A DNA stretch of 32,000 nucleotides from Mycobacterium tuberculosis H37Rv (GTDB lineage: Bacteria; Actinomycetota; Actinomycetes; Mycobacteriales; Mycobacteriaceae): positions 1,290,001 to 1,322,000 of the forward strand of contig NC_000962.3 in assembly GCF_000195955.2 (NCBI RefSeq). The letters are read 5' to 3'. This document shows, one piece after another, positions 1-10,303 of the stretch (positions are counted from its first letter, which is position 1; each line of letters begins with the position of its first letter). The notes under the pieces are model-generated. The model searched no databases, was not told the DNA's origin, and saw only the letters and a program-made list of their open reading frames with translations. The translations under genes were made by a program, and so were the position numbers.

Positions 1-1026
1 GCGATCTACGACAAGTGGCTGACCCTGGGACCGCTCATCGACCAGTTCGGGATGACCACCAAGGGATATACCGTCCATCCCTTCCGGGAGGTCAGCGAGC
101 TGGCAGCCAACTTCGGGGTGATGAATTCCGGTGTGGCGGTGGGTCGTCCGGCGATCACCACGGCTAAGCGGATGGCTGACGTGATCCTGGCGCTGTCCGG
201 CACATGCAACGGGCGACTCGCGGTCGAGGGATTCCTCGAGCTGGAGAAGCGTACCGGGCAGCGGCTGGCTCATCTGGCCGAGGGCAGCGAGGAACGCCGC
301 ATCACCTACGCCGATACCCAGGCGCGTCCCGTGCCGGTGATCACCAGCCCGGAATGGTCGGGCAGCGAGAGCGGTGGCCGCCGCTACGCGCCGTTCACGA
401 TCAACATCGAGCATCTTAAGCCGTTTCACACGCTCACCGGGCGTATGCACTTCTACCTGGCGCATGACTGGGTCGAAGAACTCGGCGAGCAGTTGCCCGT
501 CTATCGGCCGCCGCTGGACATGGCGCGGCTGTTCAACCAGCCCGAGCTCGGACCGACCGACGATGGACTCGGGCTCACCGTGCGCTATCTGACGCCGCAC
601 TCCAAGTGGTCGTTTCACTCGACCTACCAGGACAACCTATACATGTTGTCGTTGTCCCGTGGCGGTCCGACGATGTGGATGAGCCCGGGTGACGCGGCGA
701 AAATCAATGTGCGCGACAATGATTGGGTAGAGGCGGTCAATGCCAACGGCATCTACGTGTGCCGGGCAATCGTCAGCCACCGGATGCCCGAGGGTGTGGT
801 GTTCGTCTACCACGTGCAGGAGCGCACCGTGGACACGCCGCGCACCGAGACCAACGGCAAACGCGGCGGCAACCATAACGCGCTGACCCGCGTACGAATC
901 AAACCCAGCCACCTGGCCGGTGGCTACGGCCAGCACGCGTTCGCGTTCAACTACCTGGGTCCGACCGGTAACCAGCGTGACGAGGTGACCGTGGTGCGCC
1001 GCCGCAGCCAGGAAGTGCGGTACTGA
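1..1026 (+). CDS. narG: Respiratory nitrate reductase alpha subunit NarG, C-terminal fragment (5' end lies upstream of the window)
   Basis: Frame 1 is open from base 1 (AIYDKWLTLGPLIDQFGMTTKG...) to TGA 1024-1026. The ORF-track protein 52..1026 has C-terminal molybdopterin-oxidoreductase sequence (LTPHSKWSFHSTYQDN, GGNHNALTRVRIKP). It is followed directly by narH-narJ-narI. Confidence 0.93.
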   Translation, partial: AIYDKWLTLGPLIDQFGMTTKGYTVHPFREVSELAANFGVMNSGVAVGRPAITTAKRMADVILALSGTCNGRLAVEGFLELEKRTGQRLAHLAEGSEERRITYADTQARPVPVITSPEWSGSESGGRRYAPFTINIEHLKPFHTLTGRMHFYLAHDWVEELGEQLPVYRPPLDMARLFNQPELGPTDDGLGLTVRYLTPHSKWSFHSTYQDNLYMLSLSRGGPTMWMSPGDAAKINVRDNDWVEAVNANGIYVCRAIVSHRMPEGVVFVYHVQERTVDTPRTETNGKRGGNHNALTRVRIKPSHLAGGYGQHAFAFNYLGPTGNQRDEVTVVRRRSQEVRY

Positions 1027-1064
1027 CCAATGAAGGGCCCGAGCGACGCTTGCGGAGCGAGACG

Positions 1065-2741
1065 ATGAAGGTCATGGCGCAGATGGCGATGGTGATGAAC
1101 CTCGACAAATGCATTGGTTGCCATACCTGCTCGGTGACCTGCAAGCAGGCCTGGACCAATCGCTCGGGAACCGAGTACGTGTGGTTCAACAATGTCGAAA
1201 CCCGTCCGGGTGTGGGCTACCCGCGCACCTACGAGGATCAGGAGCGGTGGCGCGGGGGGTGGGTGCGCGACAAGAAGGGCCGGCTGCGGCTGCGCGACGG
1301 CGGCCGGATCCATAAGCTGTTGCGCATCTTTGCCAACCCCAAGCTGCCCACTATCGGCGACTACTACGAGCCGTGGACCTATGACTACGAAAACCTGACA
1401 TCGGCGCCGGCGGGTGACACCTTTCCGACCGCGGCGCCGCGAAGCCTGATCAGCGGCAATCCGATGAAGGTGTCGTGGGGATCCAACTGGGACGACAACC
1501 TGGCCGGGTCGCCAGAGATCGTGCCGAACGACCCGGTGCTAAAGAAGGTCAACCAAGTCAACCAAGAGGTCAAGCTGAAGCTTGAAGAGACCTTCATGTT
1601 TTACCTGCCGCGGATCTGCGAGCACTGCCTGAACCCGTCGTGTGTGGCGTCGTGTCCGTCGGGGGCGATGTACAAGCGCACCGAGGACGGCATCGTGCTC
1701 GTCGACCAGGACCGCTGCCGCGGCTGGCGGATGTGTGTGTCCGGGTGCCCATACAAGAAGGTGTATTTCAACCACAAGACCGGCAAGGCCGAAAAGTGCA
1801 CCCTGTGCTATCCGCGCATCGAGGTGGGGTTGCCGACGGTGTGCTCGGAAACGTGTGTGGGGCGGCTGCGCTATCTGGGTCTGGTGCTCTATGACGTCGA
1901 TCAGGTGCTGCAGGCCGCGTCGGTGGAAAGCGACACCGACCTCTACGAGGCGCAGCGCCGGATCCTGCTGGACCCGCACGATCCGCGGGTGATCGCCGGG
2001 GCGCGCGCGGAAGGCATCGCCGACGAGTGGATCGAGGCCGCCCAGCGGTCCCCGGTGTACGCGTTGATCAACACCTACCGGGTGGCGCTGCCGCTACATC
2101 CAGAGTACCGGACCATGCCGATGGTCTGGTACATCCCGCCGCTGTCGCCGGTGGTCGACGCGGTCAGCCGCGACGGGCACGACGGGGAGGACCTGGGCAA
2201 TTTGTTCGGCGCGCTGGACGCACTGCGGATTCCGATTGCCTATCTGGCCGAGCTGTTCACCGCGGGCGACACCGAGGTGGTCGCGGGCGTGTTGCGGCGG
2301 CTGGCGGCGATGCGCTGCTACATGCGCGACATCAACCTGGGCCGGGAGACCCAGCCCCACATCCCGGAATCGGTCGGGATGACCGAGGAGCAGATCTACC
2401 AGATGTACCGACTGTTGGCTGTGGCGAAATATGAAGAGCGCTATGTCATTCCGACGTCGTACGCGGGGGAGCTGCCGGCCGCGGCGATGACCGACGATAT
2501 GGGGTGCTCGTTGTCGGTCGACGGCGGACCGGGAATGTACGAGTCCGGTCCGTTCGGGCAGGGCAGCCCTACTCCGGTGCCAATCGCCGTGGAGAGCTTC
2601 CACGCTCTGCAGCATGCCGGTAGCGCGGCCACCGGCGGCGCTGGCCGATCCCGGGTCAACCTGCTCAACTGGGACCCCAACGGCGCAGCGGCGGGGCTCT
2701 TCCCGGAGCCTCAGCCCAGCAAGGATGTGGTCCAGCGATGA
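1065..2741 (+). CDS. narH: Respiratory nitrate reductase beta (Fe-S) subunit NarH
   Basis: ORF 1050..2741. Four Cys clusters typical of NarH are present: CIGCHTCSVTC, CEHCLNPSCVASCP, CRGWRMCVSGCPY, CTLCYPRIEVGLPTVCSETC. I prefer ATG 1065 (MKVMAQMAMVMNLDKC) over the TTG at 1050 because NarH proteins start just before the first cluster. Confidence 0.93.
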   Translation: MKVMAQMAMVMNLDKCIGCHTCSVTCKQAWTNRSGTEYVWFNNVETRPGVGYPRTYEDQERWRGGWVRDKKGRLRLRDGGRIHKLLRIFANPKLPTIGDYYEPWTYDYENLTSAPAGDTFPTAAPRSLISGNPMKVSWGSNWDDNLAGSPEIVPNDPVLKKVNQVNQEVKLKLEETFMFYLPRICEHCLNPSCVASCPSGAMYKRTEDGIVLVDQDRCRGWRMCVSGCPYKKVYFNHKTGKAEKCTLCYPRIEVGLPTVCSETCVGRLRYLGLVLYDVDQVLQAASVESDTDLYEAQRRILLDPHDPRVIAGARAEGIADEWIEAAQRSPVYALINTYRVALPLHPEYRTMPMVWYIPPLSPVVDAVSRDGHDGEDLGNLFGALDALRIPIAYLAELFTAGDTEVVAGVLRRLAAMRCYMRDINLGRETQPHIPESVGMTEEQIYQMYRLLAVAKYEERYVIPTSYAGELPAAAMTDDMGCSLSVDGGPGMYESGPFGQGSPTPVPIAVESFHALQHAGSAATGGAGRSRVNLLNWDPNGAAAGLFPEPQPSKDVVQR

Positions 2742-3403
2742 AGTTGCTGTCTCGTGTCCGAGAGCGGTCGAGCGCCACCACAATGAGGGACCGACTGGTG
2801 TGGCAGTCGGCCTCGCTACTGCTGGCCTATCCGGATGACGGGCTGGCCGAGCGGCTGCACATGGTCGATGCGCTGCGCGCCCACCAAACGGGCCCGGCGG
2901 CGGCGCTGCTAGGGCGAACGGTAGCGGAGTTGCGTGCCCTGGCGCCGATGGCCGCGGCGGCGCAGTACGTCGAGACCTTCGATATGCGACGCCGATCCAC
3001 GATGTATCTGACGTACTGGACCGCCGGGGACACCCGCAACCGCGGCCGGGAGATGCTGGCGTTCGCCACCGCCTATCGAGACGCCGGCGTCAAGCCGCCG
3101 CGTACCGAGGCGCCCGACTACCTGCCCGTCGTGCTCGAGTTCGCCGCCACCGTCGACCCCGAGGCCGGACGTCGGCTGCTGACCGAGCACCGTGTGCCGA
3201 TCGACGTGTTGCGCGGCGCGCTGGCCGACGCCAAGTCACCCTATGAGTACACCGTGGCGGCGATCTGCGAGACACTGCCCGCTGCCACCAACCAGGAAGT
3301 GCGTCGGGCACAACGCCTAGCTCAGTCGGGGCCGCCCGCGGAAGCCGTTGGTTTGCAACCGTTTACCTTGACCGTCCCGCCCAAGCGCGCCGAGGGGGCC
3401 TGA
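2738..3403 (+). CDS. narJ: Nitrate reductase assembly chaperone NarJ (delta subunit)
   Basis: ORF 2738..3403 sits between narH and narI and has a NarJ-like N-terminus (SLLLAYPDD). ATG 2738 overlaps the narH stop (ATGA), suggesting translational coupling. Alternative in-frame starts are ATG 2783 and GTG 2798, so the start is uncertain. Confidence 0.82.
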   Translation: MKLLSRVRERSSATTMRDRLVWQSASLLLAYPDDGLAERLHMVDALRAHQTGPAAALLGRTVAELRALAPMAAAAQYVETFDMRRRSTMYLTYWTAGDTRNRGREMLAFATAYRDAGVKPPRTEAPDYLPVVLEFAATVDPEAGRRLLTEHRVPIDVLRGALADAKSPYEYTVAAICETLPAATNQEVRRAQRLAQSGPPAEAVGLQPFTLTVPPKRAEGA

Positions 3404-3405
3404 CC

Positions 3406-4146
3406 TTGGCCGTCTTGGACTTGGTTGAGATCTTCTGGGATGCCGCGCCTTACGTCGTTGTGGCGATCGCGGTGGTCGGCACCTGGTGGCGGTATCGCTA
3501 CGACAAGTTCGGCTGGACCACACGCTCGTCGCAGCTCTACGAGTCGCGGTTGCTGTCGATCGGCAGCCCGATGTTCCATTTCGGCAGCTTGCTGGTGATC
3601 ATGGGCCACGTGATGGGCCTGTTCATTCCGGATTCCTGGACCAGAGCGTTCGGCATGAGCGATCACCTGTACCATCTGCAGGCGCTGCTGCTTGGCGCGC
3701 CCGCCGGTTTCGCCACTCTGCTCGGTATCGGGTTGCTGATCTATCGGCGGCGCATCCAGACACCGGTGTGGCTGGCTACCACTCGGAATGACAAGCTGAT
3801 GTACCTGGTGCTGGTGTGCGCGATCGTGGCTGGCCTGGCATGCACGCTGATGGGCGCCACCCATGAGGGCGATATGCACGATTACCGGCGCTCGGTGTCG
3901 GTCTGGTTCCGCTCGATCTGGATGCTAGCGCCGCGTGGCGATCTGATGGCCCAGGCGACGCTGTACTACCAGGTGCATGTGCTGATCGCGCTCGCGCTGT
4001 TTGCGCTCTGGCCGTTTACCCGATTGGTGCACGCGTTCAGCGCGCCGATCGCCTACCTGTTCCGGCCCTACATCGTGTACCGCAGCCGCGAGGTGGCGGC
4101 CAAGCACGAATTGATCGGTTCCGCGCCGCGTCGTCGTGGGTGGTAG
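3406..4146 (+). CDS. narI: Nitrate reductase gamma (membrane cytochrome b) subunit NarI
   Basis: ORF 3406..4146 has a TTG start 2 nt after the narJ stop. It is a hydrophobic multi-helix protein with conserved His residues (MFHFGSLLVIMGHVMG, YYQVHVL) and occupies the last position in narGHJI. Confidence 0.88.
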   Translation: MAVLDLVEIFWDAAPYVVVAIAVVGTWWRYRYDKFGWTTRSSQLYESRLLSIGSPMFHFGSLLVIMGHVMGLFIPDSWTRAFGMSDHLYHLQALLLGAPAGFATLLGIGLLIYRRRIQTPVWLATTRNDKLMYLVLVCAIVAGLACTLMGATHEGDMHDYRRSVSVWFRSIWMLAPRGDLMAQATLYYQVHVLIALALFALWPFTRLVHAFSAPIAYLFRPYIVYRSREVAAKHELIGSAPRRRGW

Positions 4147-4167
4147 TTCTCTGCCACAATCACCGTC

Positions 4168-6054
4168 GTGCCATTCCGCAACGTTGCCATCGTCGCGCAC
4201 GTCGACCACGGCAAGACCACCCTGGTTGACGCCATGTTGCGGCAGTCCGGGGCGCTGCGTGAACGCGGTGAGCTGCAGGAACGGGTGATGGACACGGGCG
4301 ATCTGGAGCGGGAGAAGGGCATCACCATCCTGGCCAAGAACACCGCCGTGCACCGCCATCACCCGGATGGAACCGTCACCGTAATCAATGTCATAGACAC
4401 CCCGGGGCACGCGGACTTCGGTGGCGAGGTGGAGCGCGGGCTGTCCATGGTGGACGGGGTGCTGCTGCTGGTCGACGCCTCCGAGGGTCCATTGCCGCAG
4501 ACGCGGTTTGTTCTGCGTAAAGCGCTGGCCGCCCATTTGCCGGTGATTCTGGTGGTCAACAAGACAGACCGGCCCGACGCCCGCATCGCCGAGGTCGTGG
4601 ACGCCAGCCACGACCTGTTGCTAGATGTCGCGTCCGACCTTGACGACGAAGCGGCCGCAGCGGCCGAACACGCGCTGGGCCTGCCGACGCTGTACGCATC
4701 CGGGCGCGCCGGGGTGGCGAGCACCACGGCGCCGCCCGACGGCCAGGTTCCCGACGGCACCAACCTGGATCCGTTGTTCGAGGTGCTCGAAAAGCATGTG
4801 CCGCCGCCGAAAGGAGAGCCGGACGCACCGCTGCAGGCGCTGGTCACCAACCTGGACGCGTCGACCTTTCTGGGTCGGTTGGCGCTGATCCGCATCTACA
4901 ACGGCCGCATCCGCAAAGGCCAGCAGGTTGCGTGGATCCGTCAGGTGGATGGTCAGCAGACCGTCACCACTGCCAAGATCACCGAATTGTTGGCCACCGA
5001 AGGCGTGGAACGCAAACCAACCGACGCTGCCGTCGCCGGCGATATCGTCGCCGTCGCCGGCCTGCCCGAGATCATGATCGGCGACACGCTGGCCGCTTCC
5101 GCGAATCCCGTTGCCCTGCCCAGGATTACCGTGGACGAGCCGGCGATCTCGGTCACCATCGGCACCAACACCTCGCCGCTGGCGGGCAAGGTGGGTGGTC
5201 ACAAGCTCACCGCGCGCATGGTCCGAAGCAGGCTGGATGCCGAGCTGGTGGGCAACGTGTCGATTCGTGTCGTCGACATCGGCGCCCCGGACGCCTGGGA
5301 GGTACAGGGTCGCGGCGAGCTGGCGCTGGCGGTGCTGGTCGAGCAGATGCGCCGAGAGGGTTTCGAATTGACCGTGGGTAAGCCACAGGTGGTGACCAAG
5401 ACCATCGATGGCACGCTGCACGAGCCATTCGAGTCGATGACCGTCGACTGCCCCGAGGAGTACATCGGCGCGGTCACGCAATTGATGGCCGCGCGCAAGG
5501 GCCGCATGGTGGAGATGGCCAACCACACCACCGGCTGGGTCCGCATGGACTTCGTGGTTCCCAGTCGCGGCCTGATTGGGTGGCGCACCGACTTCCTCAC
5601 CGAGACCCGTGGCTCCGGTGTCGGGCATGCGGTGTTCGACGGATACCGGCCATGGGCGGGGGAGATCCGGGCCCGCCACACCGGTTCTCTGGTATCGGAC
5701 CGGGCCGGCGCCATCACACCGTTCGCGTTGCTGCAACTCGCCGATCGGGGGCAGTTCTTCGTCGAGCCCGGCCAACAGACCTACGAGGGCATGGTCGTCG
5801 GGATCAACCCCCGTCCGGAGGACCTCGACATCAATGTCACCCGGGAGAAGAAGCTGACCAACATGCGCTCATCGACCGCGGATGTCATCGAGACGCTGGC
5901 CAAGCCGCTGCAGCTGGATCTCGAGCGCGCCATGGAGTTATGTGCGCCCGACGAATGCGTCGAGGTGACCCCGGAGATCGTGCGGATCCGCAAAGTCGAG
6001 CTGGCCGCCGCCGCCCGGGCTCGCAGCCGGGCGCGCACCAAGGCGCGTGGCTAG
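4168..6054 (+). CDS. typA: Translational GTPase TypA/BipA
   Basis: ORF 4168..6054 (GTG start). GTPase motifs AHVDHGKTT (G1), DTPGH (G3) and NKTD (G4) are present, followed by EF-G-like domains. There is an Arg/Ala-rich C-terminal tail. Confidence 0.93.
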   Translation: MPFRNVAIVAHVDHGKTTLVDAMLRQSGALRERGELQERVMDTGDLEREKGITILAKNTAVHRHHPDGTVTVINVIDTPGHADFGGEVERGLSMVDGVLLLVDASEGPLPQTRFVLRKALAAHLPVILVVNKTDRPDARIAEVVDASHDLLLDVASDLDDEAAAAAEHALGLPTLYASGRAGVASTTAPPDGQVPDGTNLDPLFEVLEKHVPPPKGEPDAPLQALVTNLDASTFLGRLALIRIYNGRIRKGQQVAWIRQVDGQQTVTTAKITELLATEGVERKPTDAAVAGDIVAVAGLPEIMIGDTLAASANPVALPRITVDEPAISVTIGTNTSPLAGKVGGHKLTARMVRSRLDAELVGNVSIRVVDIGAPDAWEVQGRGELALAVLVEQMRREGFELTVGKPQVVTKTIDGTLHEPFESMTVDCPEEYIGAVTQLMAARKGRMVEMANHTTGWVRMDFVVPSRGLIGWRTDFLTETRGSGVGHAVFDGYRPWAGEIRARHTGSLVSDRAGAITPFALLQLADRGQFFVEPGQQTYEGMVVGINPRPEDLDINVTREKKLTNMRSSTADVIETLAKPLQLDLERAMELCAPDECVEVTPEIVRIRKVELAAAARARSRARTKARG

Positions 6055-6151
6055 CAACTTGGCGCGCTGGCCGCGCGAGCGTAACGCCACTGCGAAATCC
6101 AGCCCGGCTTTTCGCAGCCGGGTTACGCTCGTGGGGGTACTGGATAGCCTG

Positions 6152-8059
6152 ATGGGCGTGCCCAGCCCAGTCCGCCGCGTCTGTGTGACGGTCGGCGCGT
6201 TGGTCGCGCTGGCGTGTATGGTGTTGGCCGGGTGCACGGTCAGCCCGCCGCCGGCACCCCAGAGCACTGATACGCCGCGCAGCACACCGCCCCCGCCGCG
6301 CCGCCCTACCCAGATCATCATGGGCATCGACTGGATCGGCCCCGGGTTCAACCCGCATTTGCTGTCCGACCTGTCGCCGGTGAACGCCGCAATCAGTGCG
6401 TTGGTGTTGCCCAGCGCGTTCCGGCCGATTCCGGATCCCAACACGCCGACCGGTTCGCGCTGGGAGATGGACCCGACCCTGTTGGTTTCCGCCGACGTGA
6501 CCAACAACCACCCGTTCACGGTGACCTACAAGATCCGGCCCGAGGCGCAGTGGACGGACAACGCCCCGATCGCCGCCGACGACTTCTGGTATCTGTGGCA
6601 GCAGATGGTCACACAGCCGGGCGTCGTCGACCCCGCCGGATACCACCTGATCACCAGTGTCCAGTCGCTCGAGGGCGGTAAGCAGGCCGTCGTTACGTTC
6701 GCACAGCCCTACCCCGCTTGGCGTGAGTTGTTCACCGACATCCTGCCGGCGCACATCGTCAAGGACATACCAGGGGGCTTCGCGTCCGGTTTGGCTCGAG
6801 CGCTGCCGGTGACAGGTGGACAGTTTCGGGTGGAAAACATCGACCCACAGCGCGATGAGATCCTGATCGCCCGCAATGACCGTTACTGGGGCCCACCTTC
6901 CAAACCCGGCATCATTCTCTTCCGCCGGGCCGGGGCGCCGGCCGCGCTGGCCGATTCGGTACGTAACGGAGACACCCAGGTCGCCCAGGTGCATGGTGGC
7001 TCGGCGGCCTTCGCCCAGTTGTCGGCCATCCCCGACGTGCGGACCGCCCGGATCGTGACACCGCGGGTCATGCAGTTCACGCTGCGGGCAAACGTTCCCA
7101 AGCTGGCCGACACCCAGGTTCGCAAGGCGATTTTGGGGTTGCTGGACGTGGACCTACTTGCCGCCGTGGGCGCCGGCACCGACAACACCGTCACCTTGGA
7201 CCAGGCGCAGATTCGTTCGCCGAGTGACCCGGGTTATGTTCCGACCGCGCCTCCCGCAATGAGCAGCGCCGCCGCGCTGGGTCTGCTGGAGGCATCGGGA
7301 TTCCAGGTCGACACCAACACGTCGGTGTCGCCGGCGCCGTCGGTCCCCGATTCGACGACCACGTCGGTGAGCACCGGGCCGCCGGAAGTCATCCGCGGCC
7401 GGATCAGCAAGGACGGCGAACAGTTAACGCTGGTCATCGGGGTGGCCGCGAACGATCCGACCTCGGTGGCGGTCGCCAACACTGCTGCCGACCAGCTGCG
7501 CGACGTCGGCATCGCCGCGACTGTGCTGGCGTTAGACCCGGTCACGCTCTATCACGACGCGCTGAACGACAATCGGGTAGACGCCATTGTGGGCTGGCGC
7601 CAAGCCGGCGGAAACCTGGCGACGCTGCTGGCCTCTCGTTACGGCTGTCCCGCATTGCAGGCGACGACGGTCCCGGCTGCGAATGCGCCGACGACGGCCC
7701 CGTCCGCTCCCATTGGCCCTACGCCGTCCGCCGCGCCCGACACCGCGACACCGCCACCAACGGCGCCGCGCCGCCCATCCGACCCGGGCGCGCTGGTAAA
7801 AGCGCCGTCGAATCTCACCGGCATCTGCGACCGCAGCATCCAGTCGAACATCGATGCCGCACTCAATGGCACCAAGAACATCAACGACGTGATCACCGCG
7901 GTCGAACCGCGACTGTGGAATATGTCGACCGTGTTGCCGATCCTGCAGGACACCACGATCGTCGCGGCCGGCCCGAGCGTGCAGAACGTCAGCCTGTCTG
8001 GTGCGGTGCCAGTGGGCATCGTCGGCGACGCCGGCCAATGGGTGAAGACCGGGCAATAG
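6152..8059 (+). CDS. lpqW: Lipoprotein LpqW, substrate-binding-protein (family 5) fold, implicated in PIM/LAM biosynthesis
   Basis: Within ORF 6047..8059, ATG 6152 gives a classical lipoprotein signal peptide: [28 protein letters not shown]. The body resembles peptide/oligosaccharide-binding SBPs. The upstream part of the ORF would overlap the typA 3' end. Confidence 0.88.
   Translation: MGVPSPVRRVCVTVGALVALACMVLAGCTVSPPPAPQSTDTPRSTPPPPRRPTQIIMGIDWIGPGFNPHLLSDLSPVNAAISALVLPSAFRPIPDPNTPTGSRWEMDPTLLVSADVTNNHPFTVTYKIRPEAQWTDNAPIAADDFWYLWQQMVTQPGVVDPAGYHLITSVQSLEGGKQAVVTFAQPYPAWRELFTDILPAHIVKDIPGGFASGLARALPVTGGQFRVENIDPQRDEILIARNDRYWGPPSKPGIILFRRAGAPAALADSVRNGDTQVAQVHGGSAAFAQLSAIPDVRTARIVTPRVMQFTLRANVPKLADTQVRKAILGLLDVDLLAAVGAGTDNTVTLDQAQIRSPSDPGYVPTAPPAMSSAAALGLLEASGFQVDTNTSVSPAPSVPDSTTTSVSTGPPEVIRGRISKDGEQLTLVIGVAANDPTSVAVANTAADQLRDVGIAATVLALDPVTLYHDALNDNRVDAIVGWRQAGGNLATLLASRYGCPALQATTVPAANAPTTAPSAPIGPTPSAAPDTATPPPTAPRRPSDPGALVKAPSNLTGICDRSIQSNIDAALNGTKNINDVITAVEPRLWNMSTVLPILQDTTIVAAGPSVQNVSLSGAVPVGIVGDAGQWVKTGQ
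6224..6235 (+). other. Lipobox L-A-G-C of LpqW (acylated Cys codon 6233-6235)
   Basis: The in-frame codons ttg gcc ggg tgc come directly after a hydrophobic h-region and an RR-containing n-region. Confidence 0.8.
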
Positions 8060-8086
8060 CCCTGGTCACGCCGGCGGAATCGTCGG

Positions 8087-8692
8087 CTAGCTCTCGCGGC
8101 GTTCGCCGGTGGTGAGGATCATGGCGTCGATAATGCGTGTGAGCTGCTCACGGTCCGGCGGGGATCCGGTAAACAAGACATGCTGATGGATCAAGGCCGG
8201 TCCGATTCGTGCGGTCATCGGAGTCAGAGTTGCCGGGTCGATTTCGCCGGAACGCACGCCCGCCTGCAGGATGGACTCGACAATTCGCAGCCGCGGGGCC
8301 CACACCGAGTTGATGAAGATGGCGCGCAGCTCGGGCTCGTGTAGGAGCTGGCTGACGATTTCCATGCTGGGGAGGGCCGTCTTGCCGGCCAGGATTTCGC
8401 AGTTGGCGGTGAACACCGCCAGCAGATTCTCCCTTGCCGACCGGTCAGCGCGCGGCTCGGGTACCGGCGGCAAAGCGTATTGCACCGCGGCCAGCACCAG
8501 CTCACGTTTGCCGGCCCACCGCCGATACAACGCGGCTTTGCCGGTTTGGGCGCGTGCCGCGATGCCTTCCATGGTCAGCCCGCCGTATCCGGCGGATTCG
8601 AGTTCGGCCAGCGTCGCATCGTAGAGCGCACGCTCAAGCACCTCGCCGCGCCGCCGGTACGGGTTGGCCTTTGCGGGTGCGCTCACCGTCAT
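8087..8692 (-). CDS. TetR-family transcriptional regulator (Rv1167c-like)
   Basis: ORF 8087..8692 has an N-terminal HTH (LTMEGIAARAQTGKAALYRRWAGKRELV) typical of TetR/AcrR and a helical C-terminal ligand domain. Confidence 0.85.
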   Translation of the reverse strand: MTVSAPAKANPYRRRGEVLERALYDATLAELESAGYGGLTMEGIAARAQTGKAALYRRWAGKRELVLAAVQYALPPVPEPRADRSARENLLAVFTANCEILAGKTALPSMEIVSQLLHEPELRAIFINSVWAPRLRIVESILQAGVRSGEIDPATLTPMTARIGPALIHQHVLFTGSPPDREQLTRIIDAMILTTGERRES

Positions 8693-8698
8693 GCTGCG

Positions 8699-8704
8699 AT
8701 ACTA
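8699..8704 (-). promoter_or_regulatory. Candidate -10 hexamer (TAGTAT on minus strand) for a leaderless TetR transcript
   Basis: The minus strand reads TAGTAT-cgcagc-ATG: a TANNNT hexamer exactly 6 nt before the ATG at 8692, with no Shine-Dalgarno sequence. This geometry matches mycobacterial leaderless mRNAs. Confidence 0.35.
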
Positions 8705-8763
8705 GCCAACTGCGGCTTTTCCGCCGGCGCGGTTCGATCGATGCATCAGGTGAGGCCCTTTTG

Positions 8764-9804
8764 CTAGCCGGCGGCGGGTGACCGCAGTATCACTCCGGAA
8801 CGGGTTCTTGCCGCGACGGCGCCCACAGCGCCCCCGGCCAGGCTTGCCAATCCCAGCTGGGCCCACGAGGTTCCCGACGGACCGCCCGGCGCGGAGGTCG
8901 GGACGGCTTTGGCCAACGGCGTAATCGATTTGTCCGCAACCCAGCTGGGGGGCACCGACAACCCCCCGATCGTATCCGCATTTCCCAATGTTGCCGACAC
9001 CGCGGGCCTGACCGCGTTGGGTAGCAACTCCAGCGGGCCCTTGAGCGTGGGTGTCAGGCTCCGCATGGCGAGGTTGCCCATCATCTGGCCCATGTTGCTG
9101 CCCTCGACAAAGGCCAACACGTATTCCACGGGTATCGACGAGATTCGCGCGGCTGTGAGCGGGTAGGTGCCCTTCGTCAACAGCGTCCACAGCTTCGAAG
9201 GCAGATTCTTGGTCGCCGGCGCGGCGAATGACCCCACCGTCTCGGACACCGAACCGATCAGTTCATAAAGTCTGGCCAGCGCGCCCGGGTTGGCGATCGG
9301 CGCCGGGGGCGAGAACGGTGTCAGCCGTGCGGCGGCCGCCGCCATTGTGGCGTAGAGGTTCATCGCCTCGCCATCTTGGGACCAGTACTGGGCATACAGT
9401 GCATCGAGGGCAAAGATCGCGGGGGTGTGAATCCCGAAAATGTTGGTCGTGGCGAGAGCGAGGCGCGTCAGTCGGTTGGTCTCGATCACCGGCAGCGGCA
9501 CGTGTGCTGCGTGCGCCGCTTCATAGGCGCCTGCCACGACGCTGATGTGGTCGGCGACGAGTTCAGCCAGGGAAGCGGTCGTGACAATCCAGGCCCGAAA
9601 TGGGGCGACCGCAGCTGCCATGATCGTCGACGATGGCCCCCGCCACGATGTGATCAGCCCGTTGATCTCACTCTCGAACCGACTGGCCGCGTAGCTCAGC
9701 TCGTTGGACAGATTCTTCCAGGCGTTCGCGGCTACTAGAAACGGACGAGCGCTACCTTGGATGTTGAGGGAGTTGAACTCCGGCGGAAAAATTGTGAAAT
9801 CCAT
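8764..9804 (-). CDS. PPE17: PPE family protein, SVP subfamily (PPE17)
   Basis: ORF 8764..9804. The N-terminus [17 protein letters not shown] has the PPE motif, and a GGLSVPPSW motif lies in the C-terminal part. It sits directly downstream of a PE gene. Confidence 0.9.
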
Positions 9805-9821
9805 TGTCGCTCAACCGCTGT

Positions 9822-10124
9822 CTAGGTGGAGGTGCCCGCGCGGTTGGCTAATTCGGTGAGCCAATACGAAGTCTTGCTGGTCTGAAGTGTTTGGACAAAT
9901 GACTCGTGGATCACATGGGCCTGGCGCGCGATCGCCTTGTACAGCTCGCCGTGCATGGAAAACAGCATCGACGTCACGATGGACACAAGATCGTGGGCGG
10001 GGGATTCCACATTGGTGATCAGCGGCGTGACCCCGTCATCATGGGCGCTCATCGTCACCCCGATCTCGTGGAGGTTGGCGGCCGTTTCCCCAATCGAATC
10101 GGGCCGTGTGGTGACAAAAGACAC
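9822..10124 (-). CDS. PE11: Short PE-domain-only protein (PE11 / LipX)
   Basis: Within ORF 9822..10142, GTG 10124 gives VSFVTTRPDSIGETAANLHEIG (PE-like MSFV start). It is preceded on the minus strand by AAGGAG about 8 nt upstream. It lies 17 nt upstream of PPE17. Confidence 0.8.
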   Translation of the reverse strand: MSFVTTRPDSIGETAANLHEIGVTMSAHDDGVTPLITNVESPAHDLVSIVTSMLFSMHGELYKAIARQAHVIHESFVQTLQTSKTSYWLTELANRAGTST

Positions 10125-10291
10125 GCGTGCATCTCCTTCCACTGACGTGGTCTGATGGTGGGGGTCAGCGACGACTTGGGGTTCCGCACGGCATTGTAGA
10201 CGGAATCGTTCACTAAGGTATTTTCACCATAACGGCTTCGGTCACAAAACGGTAGCGATTCTGTTGAGGAATTTTTTCGACGCTCGCCCGG

Positions 10292-10297
10292 TAGGGT
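10292..10297 (+). promoter_or_regulatory. Candidate -10 hexamer TAGGGT for a leaderless mshB transcript
   Basis: The sequence reads TAGGGT-gcctcc-ATG(10304): TANNNT plus a 6-nt spacer, with no purine-rich SD. Confidence 0.35.
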
Positions 10298-10303
10298 GCC
10301 TCC

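Noticed and set aside
4621-5775. 384-aa ORF on the minus strand, antisense to typA. Similar long antisense ORFs occur at 5885..6994, 10055..11119, 14002..14706, 17299..18048, 20523..21299 and 28492..29436.
   Set aside because: All lie opposite genes with strong family motifs. Their translations are Arg/Gly/Pro/Ala-rich with no recognisable motifs. Long stop-free antisense frames are expected at about 65% GC.
6047-6151. Upstream extension of the lpqW ORF overlapping the typA 3' end
   Set aside because: ATG 6152 yields a textbook lipoprotein signal peptide with an LAGC lipobox. The 35 extra residues would bury it.
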